From: Vulcanimicrobiota bacterium
Lineage (GTDB): Bacteria; Vulcanimicrobiota; Vulcanimicrobiia; Vulcanimicrobiales; Vulcanimicrobiaceae
Reading direction: 5' to 3'
Length of the DNA: 64,000 bases
Assembly: GCA_963714015.1 (NCBI GenBank)
Contig: OY970223.1
Location: forward strand, 1,632,001-1,696,000
A program made the position numbers and the translations under genes. The notes below the pieces were generated by a model. That model saw only the letters and a program-made list of their open reading frames with translations, was not told the origin of the DNA and ran no database searches. The first letter of the stretch is position 1; each line of letters starts with the position of its first letter. Below are positions 20,751 through 31,412 of this stretch, piece after piece.

Positions 20751-20803
20751 TGTATCAGGCTGCTTGACACGAACCAACCTTTTGTATTACCATGGCTAAT
20801 ACA
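20751..20803 (+). promoter_or_regulatory. Promoter with tandem YtrA/GntR operators
   Basis: TGTATTA-N7-TAATACA (20783-20803), TGTATCA-N7-TGACACG (20751-20771), TTGACA at 20764. Confidence 0.75.
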
Positions 20804-20823
20804 GAAGGAGGGCGTTCGAACCT

Positions 20824-21582
20824 ATGGATGGGGATTTCTTAGCCAGTTTCATGGCGGGCTTTGGATTGGTGACGGGGGTGCTTTTCCTCCGCTTCGGCAT
20901 AGAGGCTGCCGTCGAATCCAAGTCTCGCGCGGCACTTCTAGCCGAAGGCGGCGCGACTCTTGACCGAATCCAGCGCGCAGACGTCGACCGCGAACGCAAA
21001 TCGCCGTTCCCGCGTTACGCCGTTTCCGCCATCGGGTTTTTGACGGCCGGCGTAGTGCTCGCGCATCTCGTGGCGCCTATCGTAGCCTACGCGATTATCT
21101 GTCTTTCGCTCGTCGGCCGGTGCGTCGCGGATCAAATTGCTGAAGAACGAGCGCCTCGGCGGCGCTCCGCCGTCATAGGGCGCTCGCGTTTGTTGGATCC
21201 CGTCCTTATGACGTGGATCGCCCTCACCGCAGCTTCCTCGCTCTTGCTTATACCGTGGCTTTTGGATCAAACGTTTCGTATAGCTTCGGTGCTTGTCGCC
21301 GTTTGCGTTCTGACGATGGTTGCCGTGGCGTGGCGCGTCGCGAGCGCGCCGCCGCTGCTCTTCGGCAACGATTTGGATGCCGAACAAGTTGTGGATCGCG
21401 AAACGCGCGCTATTCGAACCGGCAACTCGTGCATCCTTACCGTCGGTACCATGCTCGCGTTCTACGCCTTTCTTGGCGGCAACCGCTACGCCGGAGCTGC
21501 GCTGGCAGCCGTATGGGTCGTCATATTCGCGTGGAAGTCGATCTACGCGCGTCAATTATCGCGCCTGTCTCTCACCTCGTGA
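20824..21582 (+). CDS. Polytopic membrane hypothetical protein
   Basis: About 7 TM; AAGGAGG SD; coupled to GntR. Confidence 0.75.
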   Translation: MDGDFLASFMAGFGLVTGVLFLRFGIEAAVESKSRAALLAEGGATLDRIQRADVDRERKSPFPRYAVSAIGFLTAGVVLAHLVAPIVAYAIICLSLVGRCVADQIAEERAPRRRSAVIGRSRLLDPVLMTWIALTAASSLLLIPWLLDQTFRIASVLVAVCVLTMVAVAWRVASAPPLLFGNDLDAEQVVDRETRAIRTGNSCILTVGTMLAFYAFLGGNRYAGAALAAVWVVIFAWKSIYARQLSRLSLTS

Positions 21583-21962
21583 CCCGCATAATCCTGTCCG
21601 TCGATCCCGATCTGGACGTAGCGCCGTTTCAACAAATTTCCGCCCAGCTTCGTGAATTCATCGAGCGCGGTGAACTGCGTCCGGGCGATACGCTTCCCAC
21701 CGTACGGCAGCTCGCGGTCGATTTGGGCGTTGCCCCAAATACGGTCGCACGCGCGTACACCGACTTGCAAGATGCCGGGTGGCTGACGAGTGACGGCCGC
21801 CGCGGCACTCGTGTCGCGCAAGCCACGCCTGCCGACGACGCTCGCCGTCGCGCCGCGGTTTTGCGAGGCGATGTTGACCAATTTATTAACGGTGTGCGGC
21901 GTCGCGGTTATTCGAAAAGTGAAATCCGCGCCGCGCTGGAAAATGCGGGAGCGAACATCTGA
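21579..21962 (+). CDS. GntR (YtrA subfamily) regulator
   Basis: LPTVRQLAVDLGVAPNTVARAY; short C-terminus. Confidence 0.92.
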   Translation: MTRIILSVDPDLDVAPFQQISAQLREFIERGELRPGDTLPTVRQLAVDLGVAPNTVARAYTDLQDAGWLTSDGRRGTRVAQATPADDARRRAAVLRGDVDQFINGVRRRGYSKSEIRAALENAGANI

Positions 21963-22066
21963 ACCCGGTCGACAGTGTAATCCGGCCCGGTGAGTCGTTT
22001 TGGTATCGCAAGGGCTTCCATTGTGGAGCTCATTACGGTCGAACGCTGAAAAATTTTCTTGGCCCG

Positions 22067-22094
22067 TGTCGAAAAGGGGAGCGGCCGTTCGACG
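22067..22094 (+). promoter_or_regulatory. ECF42-type promoter
   Basis: TGTCGA-N16-TCGACG upstream of orphan YCII gene. Confidence 0.7.
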
Positions 22095-22130
22095 TGTTCA
22101 TAGAAACACTCACACCGAAGGAGTTCTGAT

Positions 22131-22538
22131 ATGAAATTCATGGTCATGGTCAAGGCCACGGCCGAATCGGAAGCAGGCCGTATGCCCTCGCGGGAAGAGT
22201 ACGAAGCGGTGGCCGCTTTCAACGAGAAACTCGCCAACGACGGCGTTCTTTTGTCTGGCGGCGGTCTGCGGCCGTCTTCCAAAGGAACGCGCCTGCATTT
22301 CGAGGACGGCCGGACGACTGTGATGGACGGTCCGTTCGCGGAGACGAAGGAGCTGGTGGCAGGGTGGTGCATCGTACAAGGGAATTCGCGCGCGGAAATC
22401 GTGGAGATTCTTAGGCATGCACCGTTCTCCGGTGCCTCGATCGTCGAAGTCCGTGAACTGATGGAAGCCGAGGATTTCGGGGACGCGGCGACGCCCGAGG
22501 CGGGCGAGCGCAATAAACGCGCGCTGGGACGCGCGTGA
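22131..22538 (+). CDS. YCII/DGPF-domain protein
   Basis: MDGPFAETKELVAGW. Confidence 0.92.
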   Translation: MKFMVMVKATAESEAGRMPSREEYEAVAAFNEKLANDGVLLSGGGLRPSSKGTRLHFEDGRTTVMDGPFAETKELVAGWCIVQGNSRAEIVEILRHAPFSGASIVEVRELMEAEDFGDAATPEAGERNKRALGRA

Positions 22539-22627
22539 GCGTAATGATCCGTCACTACGCTGCGGTATGAGTAGAGCGCAATCTTGACGCACAACCCATA
22601 GGAGCACGGCGCTCGCTTCCGAAAGCG

Positions 22628-23227
22628 ATGCGCGTCATGGAGGAACGCGACGAACGTCTCGCCGTCATTGCCTTTTTAAAGGGCGTTCCGAGCCAGAGAC
22701 TCGTCGCGCTCTTCAAGCAAGCGTTTCCCTTGCACCCGGCCGCGCTCTTGAGTGACGAGCTGACCCGCGCGTTTCTCTCGGCGTTTGCGCAGCGAGCATC
22801 GTTCGTGATTGCCCTCAATGCGAGTACGCGGGAAGAGATCGGATTTGCGGTGGGTGGGGATGCCGCTGTCCTGGATCGGACGCGTGCGCGTTTCATTCGG
22901 ATGCACGGTTGGCGGCTGGCCGGATCTCTTTTGGCGCGCCGATTGTCTCCGCGAATACTCCTGAGCCGCGTCCGCGTTCGAAAGCCGATCCGCGGTATCG
23001 CGCATGCGCCGTATCAGCTGCGTTTCATTGCAGTCGATTCGCGGGCACGCGGAAGGGGAACCGGTACGATGCTGTTGGCGGCGTTCGAAAGAACGCTGCC
23101 GCTTGGAAGTACCTATCATGCGTGGACGCTCGAAGGTCCCTCCGGAGCGGAGCGATTCTACCTTGCGAACGGATTCACGCGGGGTACGAACCTGAGCGGC
23201 CACCTCCGCATGTGGAAGCAGTTGTAA
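22628..23227 (+). CDS. GNAT acetyltransferase
   Basis: IAVDSRARGRGTG and AERFYLANGF. Confidence 0.8.
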   Translation: MRVMEERDERLAVIAFLKGVPSQRLVALFKQAFPLHPAALLSDELTRAFLSAFAQRASFVIALNASTREEIGFAVGGDAAVLDRTRARFIRMHGWRLAGSLLARRLSPRILLSRVRVRKPIRGIAHAPYQLRFIAVDSRARGRGTGTMLLAAFERTLPLGSTYHAWTLEGPSGAERFYLANGFTRGTNLSGHLRMWKQL

Positions 23228-23292
23228 CCTTGGCCTGAAGCGGCATCTCGAAGCCGGCATACGCACGTGCGCGCCAACGTCGCGCAATCGAC

Positions 23293-24243
23293 TCAGCAGC
23301 GATCGCTGAATGCGCGCAGGCACCTGCGCGCCTCACTCGCGATCGCATCGACGATCTCCGCTGCCGGTCGCACACGGTTAATCAGTCCGACGGCTTGCCC
23401 CGCGTAGATCTTCTCTTTTGGATCGAACGCCTGTAATGCGGCGGCGTCCGCCATTAGTTCGTCTTCGCGGTCGGTCCAGCGTTCCACAAACGGCGTTCGC
23501 AGCGCCCGCGCGCCAAACTCGCGGGGCCATCCCTTCCCCAGCGCCCGATCGTAGACGCGCGTGTAAATTGTCTGCGTTTCATCACTTGATTTGAGCCGTT
23601 CACGCGCCTGCGCGCTGTTGCGCGCTTCGGAGGCAAGCAAAAACGGCGTGCCAATCCATGCGCCGGCCGCTCCTGCGGCCAGCACCGCCGCAAAACCGCG
23701 ACCGGTGGCAATGCCGCCTGCGGCGAGCACGGGCCGAGCGGTCATTTCGAGCACGACTTGCAGCAGCGGTAACGTCGAAACGGACGAGCCGGTATGGCCG
23801 CCCGCCTCTGCGCCTTGCGCAACGATCACGTCGACGCCCGCGTCGATTGCGGTTTGCGCTGAACGCCGGTTTTGGACTTGCGAGGCAGCAAGAATACCGG
23901 CATCGCGTACCCTCGCCGCGTACGGCTCTGGATCGCCGAACGAGATGCTGATGAGCTTGGGTTTTGCCGCGATCGCAATATCCAGCAGACTCGGGCGGCG
24001 TTCGAGCACCCACGCTACCAGGCCGATCCCGAAGTGCGGCCGCGGCTCTTCCTGCAGAAAGGCCAGTTGTCCGGCGATCGACTCATCGGTGTCGTTTTCA
24101 TCGAAACCGAGCATGCCCAACCCGCCCGCTTGCGCAACGGCGCGCGCGAGTGCGCCGCCGGCTTGCGGCGTCATTGGGGCATTCACGATAGGAAGCCGCA
24201 CGCCGAGCATCTCGCAGAGCGGTGTAGCGAGCACGTCATCCAT
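23293..24243 (-). CDS. Nitronate monooxygenase family flavoprotein
   Basis: AQGAEAGGH, AAGGI, GTPF, AGQAVG. Confidence 0.9.
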   Translation of the reverse strand: MDDVLATPLCEMLGVRLPIVNAPMTPQAGGALARAVAQAGGLGMLGFDENDTDESIAGQLAFLQEEPRPHFGIGLVAWVLERRPSLLDIAIAAKPKLISISFGDPEPYAARVRDAGILAASQVQNRRSAQTAIDAGVDVIVAQGAEAGGHTGSSVSTLPLLQVVLEMTARPVLAAGGIATGRGFAAVLAAGAAGAWIGTPFLLASEARNSAQARERLKSSDETQTIYTRVYDRALGKGWPREFGARALRTPFVERWTDREDELMADAAALQAFDPKEKIYAGQAVGLINRVRPAAEIVDAIASEARRCLRAFSDRC

Positions 24244-24278
24244 ATCGTTCGAAGTATACCATCGACTCGAGCGGCCGG

Positions 24279-26709
24279 TTACGACGAACGATGCGGCGTA
24301 ATGTATTCACAACGAACGGATCGTGCCTCTTCCATTACCCGTTCCAGCGAGTGGGTTGCGCCGATGCGCCATTGCGCGTCGAATGCATCGCTGCCGAGTG
24401 AGTCGCGAACCTTCGCCACCGTCTCGTCGTAGTCGGCGCGTTCTACCGCAAAGAGCGGAAGTCCAATCGCGCGGCGCATCGCGTCGGCTGCGCCTAAAAG
24501 ACGCGCGCCGCGCAATGGATCCTGGACCGCAGCGGTGACTGCGGCGATATCCTCGAGCGTCTTGGCGAGTACCGCTTTAGACGGCATGAACTCGAGCAAA
24601 TCCAAGGCTTCGTGGTAGCGCTCGATCGCCGATGCGTAGTTTCCGCGCTTGTAGGCAGTGGCTCCAAGATTCACGATCGAATACGGTATGCTGCCGGTGT
24701 CGCCGGCGTCGCGCTGCAAGCGAAGGCACTCGTTGAAGATTTGTTCGGCATTCTCATAGTTGCGCTCCGCCGTCGCGACAAGACCGATCTTCATCAGCGC
24801 GTGAGCGACGCCCGAGTCATTTCCCAGGCGGCGATAGATTGCGGCGCTCTCCTGGCCCAGAGTTGCGGAACGCGATAGATCGTTCTTGCTGAACGCGACT
24901 GAAGCCAGGTTCGATAACGAACCCGCGATGCCAAGTTCGTTATCGAGTCTTCGGCGGATGGTGAGAGCTTCCGTATGCACCGCCTCCGCCCCATCGTAAT
25001 CGCCGCGAAACTGCATAATGATGCCCAACGAAGTCAGCGAAGCGGCGAGCCCGGCCTCGTCACCGATTTTGCGCTGTAACTCGATGACCTGCTCGCAAGG
25101 CGCGCGCGCTTCATCGATATTTCCAAGACCTGAGAGCAGTACAACTTGTGTGCGCAAGACTTTCGCGTATAGTTCCTCCGGAACGTCCTGCGCCGCCGTC
25201 GTTCGAAGTTTGAGGAAACGCCGAACCCAACCGAGTCCTTCGATCAAGTAACCGCGAAGCCACCAAAAGCGCCAAACCGCCAAGATCAACCGGAAGCCAA
25301 GCAGCGTTTCGCCGGCGTCCGCAAGATAGCTCAGGGCCGCGCGGATGTTTTCGCGCTCGAGTTCGAATCGCGCAAGCCACCGGCTCTGCCCGGAACCGGA
25401 TAACTCGTGCTGCGATGCTTGCGCGAACTGAAGGACGTGCTCCGCGTGGCGACGTTGCGTGTCGGCCAGTTCGTTGCTCTCTACGAGGCGTTCGTGCGCG
25501 TACTCGCGGAGCATCTCCAACATCGACACGCGCGGTTCGGCGTCGGAGGCCTCGAGGAAGAGTACCATATTCTTCTCGACCAGCGGTGCGACTCGGAAGA
25601 GAATCGACCGCTCGAAGCTCTTCGTCTCCGACGACCGCCGCGGCCGCGGCCAGACTTCCGCCGCCCTGCAGCACCGAGAGGCGGCGAAAGACGAGCTGCT
25701 CCTCCTGCGAGAGCAAATCGTAGCTCCATGCTATCGCGGCGCGCATCGTTTGCTGACGTTCCGGATGGTCGATCGACGCGCCGGAAAGAAGCGGCAACCG
25801 GCGCTCGAGGCGCGCCGCCAGCGCCTTGGGCGGAAGCAGGAGAAGACGCGGAGCCGCCAGTTCGATTGCCAGCGGAAGCCCTTCCAGGTGATTCACAATA
25901 GTGTCTACTGCACTTGCATTTGCGCCGGTCAGTTCGAATTCGGGCCGAATCATCTGCGCGCGCTGCACAAAGAGCGTCGCTGCTGCTTCCTTTTCCAGCG
26001 GGCGAACGGCATAGACGCGTTCGGCACGCAAGCGCAACGGTTCGCGGCTCGTCGCAAGAACCACCAGCCGCGGGCAAGCCGCGATCAGGGTTCCGATCCA
26101 ATCTGCCGCCGGTGTCAGATGCTCGAGATTGTCGAGAACGAGCAGTAGATTTCGTGCGCGAAGGAACGCAGAAACTGCTTCGCCGGGCGGCGTGTCGGAA
26201 GGTTCCCTAATCCCAAGCGCGCGAGCGACCACTGCGGCAACGTTCGAAGGATCGCGAGTCGGCGCGAGTTCCGCAAGCGCCGTTCCATGCTCGAAAGTAT
26301 CTGCGCGGTCGACCGCGACTCGGAGCGCGAGGCTCGTCTTTCCGACGCCGGCCGGCCCAACCAAAGTAACGAGCCGCGCGTCGCTGCGGGAAAGCAACGC
26401 GGCGATTCGCGCGACGTCAGAGTCTCGGCCGATTAGCACCGGCGCGTGCAGTGCCGGCTGACCCGAAGGCTTTGCAGGCAGATCGACCGGTTTTCGAGCG
26501 GCGGTTTGAAGGCGTGCCCGATCTTCGGGCGAGAGGCCGAGCGCTTCGGCCAGCAGCATGATCGTAACGAGTCGAGGCGCGCGCGCAAAGCCGGTTTCGA
26601 TGTCGCCGACCGTCCGCGCAGAAAGCCCGGCGCGCTCGGCGAGAGCGTCTTGCGAGAGATGCGCGTCAGATCGGAAGTAGCGTAGTAGTTGCCCGAGCGA
26701 GTCTGTCAC
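24279..26709 (-). CDS. XRE-HTH + STAND ATPase + TPR regulator, frameshifted near 25600
   Basis: LSQDALAERAGLS; GPAGVGKT; LVLDNLEH; GLPLAIELAA; TPRs in ORF 24279-25568. Confidence 0.88.
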
Positions 26710-26815
26710 CGTGGTGAAAATTTCGCGACGAAATGTTCGGGAACCCCTTGCCGCGATTTATATCGAAGTTTGTGACGTCGGGCGCGCTATATAACGCGAA
26801 AGCGCACGTTGGAGA

Positions 26816-26856
26816 GCATTGGCGCTCGGATCGATATGATCTCCGCGCCAATGCTG
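26816..26856 (-). terminator. Hairpin downstream of zinc-ribbon gene
   Basis: AGCATTGGCGC..GCGCCAATGCT inverted repeat. Confidence 0.5.
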
Positions 26857-26866
26857 CTACGGGGAT

Positions 26867-27196
26867 TTAGCGGTAGCTGGGGCTCGGACGCGTCGCGAAG
26901 CAGTCGCGGCAGTATACCGGTTTGTCTCCGCGGGGTTGAAACGGAACTTCAGCGACTCCGCCGCACTGGCTGCACGTCGCTTTGAAAAGCTCGCGACGAC
27001 CGCCGCCGGCGCCGCCGCCGCCGTAAGAGCCGCTGTTGCTGCGGCCGCCGCCGGAAGCCTTGCGCGCGGCGCGGCAATCGCCGCAGCGGCTGGGCTTGTT
27101 CGTAAAGCCTTTGCTCGCGTAGAATTCCTGCTCGCTTGCCGTGAACGGAAACGTGCGTCCGCAGTCAACGCAATTGAGGTTTTCATCTGTGTACAT
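26867..27196 (-). CDS. Zinc-ribbon + CxxC-x17-CxxC domain protein
   Basis: CVDCG..EQEFY..RCGDCR; CSQCG..VPFQP..PVYCRDC. Confidence 0.92.
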   Translation of the reverse strand: MYTDENLNCVDCGRTFPFTASEQEFYASKGFTNKPSRCGDCRAARKASGGGRSNSGSYGGGGAGGGRRELFKATCSQCGGVAEVPFQPRGDKPVYCRDCFATRPSPSYR

Positions 27197-27561
27197 GAAC
27201 GATGTCCTAACTTCTAAATGATTTGGACCCGCCAGTACTTGGAACGCGAAGACGTTGAAACACTAGTAAGGCCCGGTAATTACGCCGAGGCAAAAACGCG
27301 CCGGCGCGGCCAGGAGTATCTCACGAAAGTGTGCCTAGCGCAAGGCGATACAACCCCTGAATGTGCGCAATGGTTGCGTCCGGCGCCCGAGGCGCCTTCC
27401 GGGACGAGTCCGGAGCAGTGAGCGGCTACTCGCGCCGCAATCGTAGAAACCGGCGAAATGCGCAATAAATCGCGTTATCGAGGCTTTCTAAGCAGCCAAA
27501 TGGGAATTTCCGCTTCGATGCAGAAGTAGTAACTCTTGCATTTTCGAATATTGAGCCAATC

Positions 27562-27891
27562 ATGCTGACCGCACTCACGCCGGTGGACCGGCTTCTCGTG
27601 GGGTCTAAAAATACCAACGGCCCCCAGTACCGGGCTATCTACGGGGGCTACGCCAACCCAAGCGGCTTGATTTCACTACTCGCCGAGGGTCAGGCCTACC
27701 GCATCAATTTCAAAGCGCGTACGGTTCAGCAGAAACCGCTCCTCAATCCCGGAGCGCAGGCGCGCTATGACGCCGCCAAGCCCGGCGAAGGATTCGAGTA
27801 CGGCGGCTTGACCTTTCGGCGCTTAGCACACGACGAAATCATTGAGATCTGCGCCTCCGGGTCGTTTCGAATGGGCGTAAACTCAAGATAA
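27562..27891 (+). CDS. Hypothetical protein or fragment
   Basis: Open frame only. Confidence 0.35.
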   Translation: MLTALTPVDRLLVGSKNTNGPQYRAIYGGYANPSGLISLLAEGQAYRINFKARTVQQKPLLNPGAQARYDAAKPGEGFEYGGLTFRRLAHDEIIEICASGSFRMGVNSR

Positions 27892-27960
27892 CGAGCTCCG
27901 CCGCAGTCACACAAGCATAACAGATCACGAAATAACGCTAATATCTCCGCTGAAGCCTAT

Positions 27961-28004
27961 ATTGACAAATGTCGATTCAAACGCTAATATCGACGTATGT
28001 CAAT
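27961..28004 (+). promoter_or_regulatory. ars promoter with two ArsR operators; leaderless arsR likely
   Basis: TTGACA-N17-TAATAT with ATG 6 nt after the -10; ATTGACaaatGTCGAT and ATCGACgtatGTCAAT. Confidence 0.8.
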
Positions 28005-28329
28005 GCAGCGGTGTTGTCCGCCAAAGGGTATCGCCCGCGGAGTTTTCACTGAATCCGCCTCCCTGTTCAAGGCGCTTGCAGATCCCCATCGGTTGACGAT
28101 TCTAGCGACGCTGGCGCGCGCCGAAGATGAAGTTTGCGTATGCGATTTCACCGACGGTCTGCCGCTCAATCAGCCAACCGTTTCGCATCATCTCCGAATC
28201 CTGCGTGAAGCGCAATTGGTAACGTGCGAGCGGCGCGGCACTTGGGTCTATTACCGGCTTTCGGACGATGCAGACGAACGCCTGAACAAAGCGCTGAATG
28301 CGACACTCCCTCAGAAAGTAAGAGCATGA
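27997..28329 (+). CDS. arsR: ArsR repressor
   Basis: FKALADPHRL, EVCVCD, QPTVSHHL; N-terminal CC. Confidence 0.92.
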   Translation: MSMQRCCPPKGIARGVFTESASLFKALADPHRLTILATLARAEDEVCVCDFTDGLPLNQPTVSHHLRILREAQLVTCERRGTWVYYRLSDDADERLNKALNATLPQKVRA

Positions 28330-28727
28330 AAACCCATCTGAATCTAACGACCAATAACCTGCAAAAGAGCGTTGCGTTCTACTCGACGCTTCTGGACGCC
28401 CGTCCGGCAAAAGTTCGCGAGGATTACGCGCTTTTCATCACCGATGAACCGGCTTTGGAACTCGCGTTGGACTTGAGCGCAGATGTTTCGCCAACGCTGG
28501 ACGCACACTACGGCATATTCGTCGAAACGGCCGGCGAAGTAGAACGCGCGATCGCTCGCCTCGAGCGCGCCGGAATGCCGTCGTCGGTCGAGCGCGAGGA
28601 AACGTGCTGTTACGCAAATCAGACCAAAGTATGGACGAGCGATCCTGAAGGGCGGCGTTGGGAGGTCTACACCGTTCATGACGACACTGCTGAACGCGAC
28701 GGCGACCTCAGCTCGTGTTGCCCGTGA
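28326..28727 (+). CDS. arsI: ArsI/CadI-family VOC protein (C-As lyase-like)
   Basis: TCCYANQTKVW.SDPEG..WEVY. Confidence 0.85.
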   Translation: MKTHLNLTTNNLQKSVAFYSTLLDARPAKVREDYALFITDEPALELALDLSADVSPTLDAHYGIFVETAGEVERAIARLERAGMPSSVEREETCCYANQTKVWTSDPEGRRWEVYTVHDDTAERDGDLSSCCP

Positions 28728-28763
28728 CCTGAACTCCAAGTTTGAGACATTTTTGTGACAAGT

Positions 28764-29492
28764 ATGCCCATCGCTAAGCGCGCGGCGGCAGAGGCACTCG
28801 GCACGGCGCTCCTGCTCGCTGCCATCGTAGGTTCCGGTATCATGGCTGAGCGGCTGAGCGGCGGTAACGTCGGTCTAGCGTTGCTGGCCAACGCGGTGGC
28901 TACCGGCGGCGCGCTGGTCTGTTTGATCGCGGCGCTTGGGCCTATATCGGGTGCGCACTTCAATCCCGCGGTATCGATTGCCGACGCTCTGCAAGGCGGC
29001 CTCGCGTGGAGTGAAGTGCTCGTGTATGTTGTTGCGCAACTTGCGGGATCCATCGCCGGCGTAGCGCTCGCAAATATCATGTTCGGCTTGCCGCCGATTT
29101 TTGCATCGCATCATGTTCGCGGCGGCCCCATACTCATGTTAAGTGAATTCGTCGCCACTTTCGGCCTCCTCGTCGTTATTTGGGGATGTGTGCGCTCCCG
29201 AAGTTCGATCGTGCCGTTTGCGGTTGCGGGCTACATCGCTGCAGCGTACTGGTTCACGCCTTCGACCTCGTTTGCGAATCCTGCGGTGACCATCGGTCGT
29301 TCGCTGTCCGATACGTTTGCGGGTATACGCCCGCTCGACATTCCCGGATTCGTCACCGCTCAACTGATTGGCGCCGTTACGGCGACGCTATTGTGCAAAT
29401 GGCTCGTGCCTATACAAAAAGCCGATGCAGAAGGGGTACTTGTTCCACACACCGAGATGCTTCGTTCGCCGGGACGCCGGCGTGTCGTCTAA
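28764..29492 (+). CDS. AqpS-like MIP channel (arsenite)
   Basis: SGAHFNPA and TSFANPA; ars context. Confidence 0.9.
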   Translation: MPIAKRAAAEALGTALLLAAIVGSGIMAERLSGGNVGLALLANAVATGGALVCLIAALGPISGAHFNPAVSIADALQGGLAWSEVLVYVVAQLAGSIAGVALANIMFGLPPIFASHHVRGGPILMLSEFVATFGLLVVIWGCVRSRSSIVPFAVAGYIAAAYWFTPSTSFANPAVTIGRSLSDTFAGIRPLDIPGFVTAQLIGAVTATLLCKWLVPIQKADAEGVLVPHTEMLRSPGRRRVV

Positions 29493-29559
29493 ATCTTTGA
29501 TCCTGTTCGTTTGCAAGCACAACACCGAACTCAGCAAAATGGCAGAGCTTATCGGCTAG
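29482..29559 (+). pseudogene. arsC: Vestigial arsC (LMW-PTP type) N-terminus
   Basis: ILFVCKHNTELSKMAE resembles VLFVC.HN.GRSQMAE; stops after 25 codons. Confidence 0.6.
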
Positions 29560-31304
29560 AGATCCACGCGGCTGCGGTAAGCGTTGAGCACGTCGCGACG
29601 CGTAATGATGCCGAGCAGATTACCACCGATGCGGTCTACGATTGGGAGCAGCGGTGTCTGCGGATCGGCCATGGCAACGGCTGCTTCTTCCAATGTGTCA
29701 TCGGGCTGGAGCAAGACCGGTACGCGCTGGGCTAAATCGCCCACACGACGGCCGGGATGCGTCACGAGCGTGCCGGCAATGTCGGACGCAGTGGCCATGC
29801 CGATGAATTTGCCGCCGTCCACCACCGGAACAACGAACTCGGGACTGTGCTCCAACTTTAGGGCCACCTCGTTGATCGGTTCGGACGCTTCCGCCACGAT
29901 GTCGGGCACCCGCTGCACCGATGCGACCGTCACGCGCGAGAATGGCCGCTGTCGGCGAGCGCGAGCCCAGTCGATTCCCCGCCGCACCAGCTTCATTTCA
30001 TAGACGGTGTGACCTAGCAATCTGCGCCCAAGAAGGGTCGAGATTACCGTGCATACCATCAGCGGCAGGATGATCGTGTAATCGTTGGACATTTCGAACA
30101 CAATCATTATCGCGGTAATCGGCGCCTCCGCAGCCGCCGCAAAAACCGCCGCCATGCCGACCAATCCATACGCCGCCGACGATGCGGTCCAGGCCGGAAA
30201 TAGGTCGTGCACTACGCGTCCGAACGTGTTGCCCAGCATAGCGCCGGTGTATAACGATGGAGCGAAGACCCCGCCGCTCCCGCCGGAGCCAAGCGTCAGG
30301 GACGTTGCGATTGGCTTGAGCAAGGCCAGCGCGAGCGAATGTCGGGCCTGAATGTGCGCCGCGAGCACCGCGTCGACGTAATTGTATCCGACTCCGAAAA
30401 GTTGTGGGAACCAGATGCCGATGATGCCGACGCAGGCAAAACCCATAGCGGCCTTCGTCATCGGATTGACGTGCCAGCTTTCGAAGCGATCTTCGCAGAA
30501 GTACAGCAGTCGCACAAAACCCGCGGCCCAGCACGCGGCGACGATGCCCAATATTGCATAGAGGCCTAGTTCCGCTGGCGAAACCAGATAGAACGCCGAT
30601 GCGGTAAAGGAAGGGTGATTTCCAAAGTACGCGCGACCGATCACGGCGGCAACGACGCTGGAGACCACGATCGTCGCAAACGATCGGGGTGCGAAATCGC
30701 CCAAGATGACTTCGCTTGCAAAAAATACGCCGCCGATCGGGGCGTTGAACGTCGCTGAAATACCGGCAGCCGCCCCGCATGAAACCAGCGTGCGAACGAT
30801 TGGAGCCGGTGCTCGCACGAGTTGTCCGAGAACCGAACCAATTGCGGAACCGATTTGAACGATGGGTCCTTCGCGGCCGCAGCTTCCGCCGAAACCAATG
30901 CACGTTGCCGATGCGAGGCTCTTTACGCCAATCACCCGTGGGCGCATGACGCCGCCCTGCATCGCAACGGCCGCCATCACTTCAGGCACGCCGTGACCTT
31001 TGGCTTCGCTTGCAAAGCGATTCACGATGAATGCGGTAATCAAGCCGCCTACAGCGAGGATTGGGACCACTTGTGCGCGGCCCAGAAAGTGGAGCGCCGG
31101 AGCAAAGTGTCCGAAGGCGAGCATCTGCTCGCCGAAGATCAGGTAGCGGAATGCGACGGCGCCGTAACCGCCCCCGATCCCGACCACAATCGCAGCCAGC
31201 AGCAAAAACGTGCTCTGTCCGATCGAAAACCGGCCGAAGTCCAATCGGTAGCCCCGGTTGGTTTCGGTGTAGCGGACTCGTGGAACCGTCGCGGAAAGCG
31301 CCAT
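29556..31304 (-). CDS. CLC chloride channel with CBS pair
   Basis: GHGVPEV, GREGP, GGVFAP; C-terminal CBS domains. Confidence 0.92.
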   Translation of the reverse strand: MALSATVPRVRYTETNRGYRLDFGRFSIGQSTFLLLAAIVVGIGGGYGAVAFRYLIFGEQMLAFGHFAPALHFLGRAQVVPILAVGGLITAFIVNRFASEAKGHGVPEVMAAVAMQGGVMRPRVIGVKSLASATCIGFGGSCGREGPIVQIGSAIGSVLGQLVRAPAPIVRTLVSCGAAAGISATFNAPIGGVFFASEVILGDFAPRSFATIVVSSVVAAVIGRAYFGNHPSFTASAFYLVSPAELGLYAILGIVAACWAAGFVRLLYFCEDRFESWHVNPMTKAAMGFACVGIIGIWFPQLFGVGYNYVDAVLAAHIQARHSLALALLKPIATSLTLGSGGSGGVFAPSLYTGAMLGNTFGRVVHDLFPAWTASSAAYGLVGMAAVFAAAAEAPITAIMIVFEMSNDYTIILPLMVCTVISTLLGRRLLGHTVYEMKLVRRGIDWARARRQRPFSRVTVASVQRVPDIVAEASEPINEVALKLEHSPEFVVPVVDGGKFIGMATASDIAGTLVTHPGRRVGDLAQRVPVLLQPDDTLEEAAVAMADPQTPLLPIVDRIGGNLLGIITRRDVLNAYRSRVDL

Positions 31305-31412
31305 CGACGCTTTATTCCACGCGCGCGGGCAAATGCGCTGTAGCTCACTTGTTGACGCAAGGTACCGGGGCGCACGCACAGATTACCGAGCACGCGCTCA
31401 GTGCCCGCTAGG

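Noticed and set aside
31305..31412. Fluoride riboswitch before the CLC gene
   Set aside because: No GGCGATGG..GCTGATG core, and the CLC has GHGVPE/GREGP rather than fluoride-type motifs
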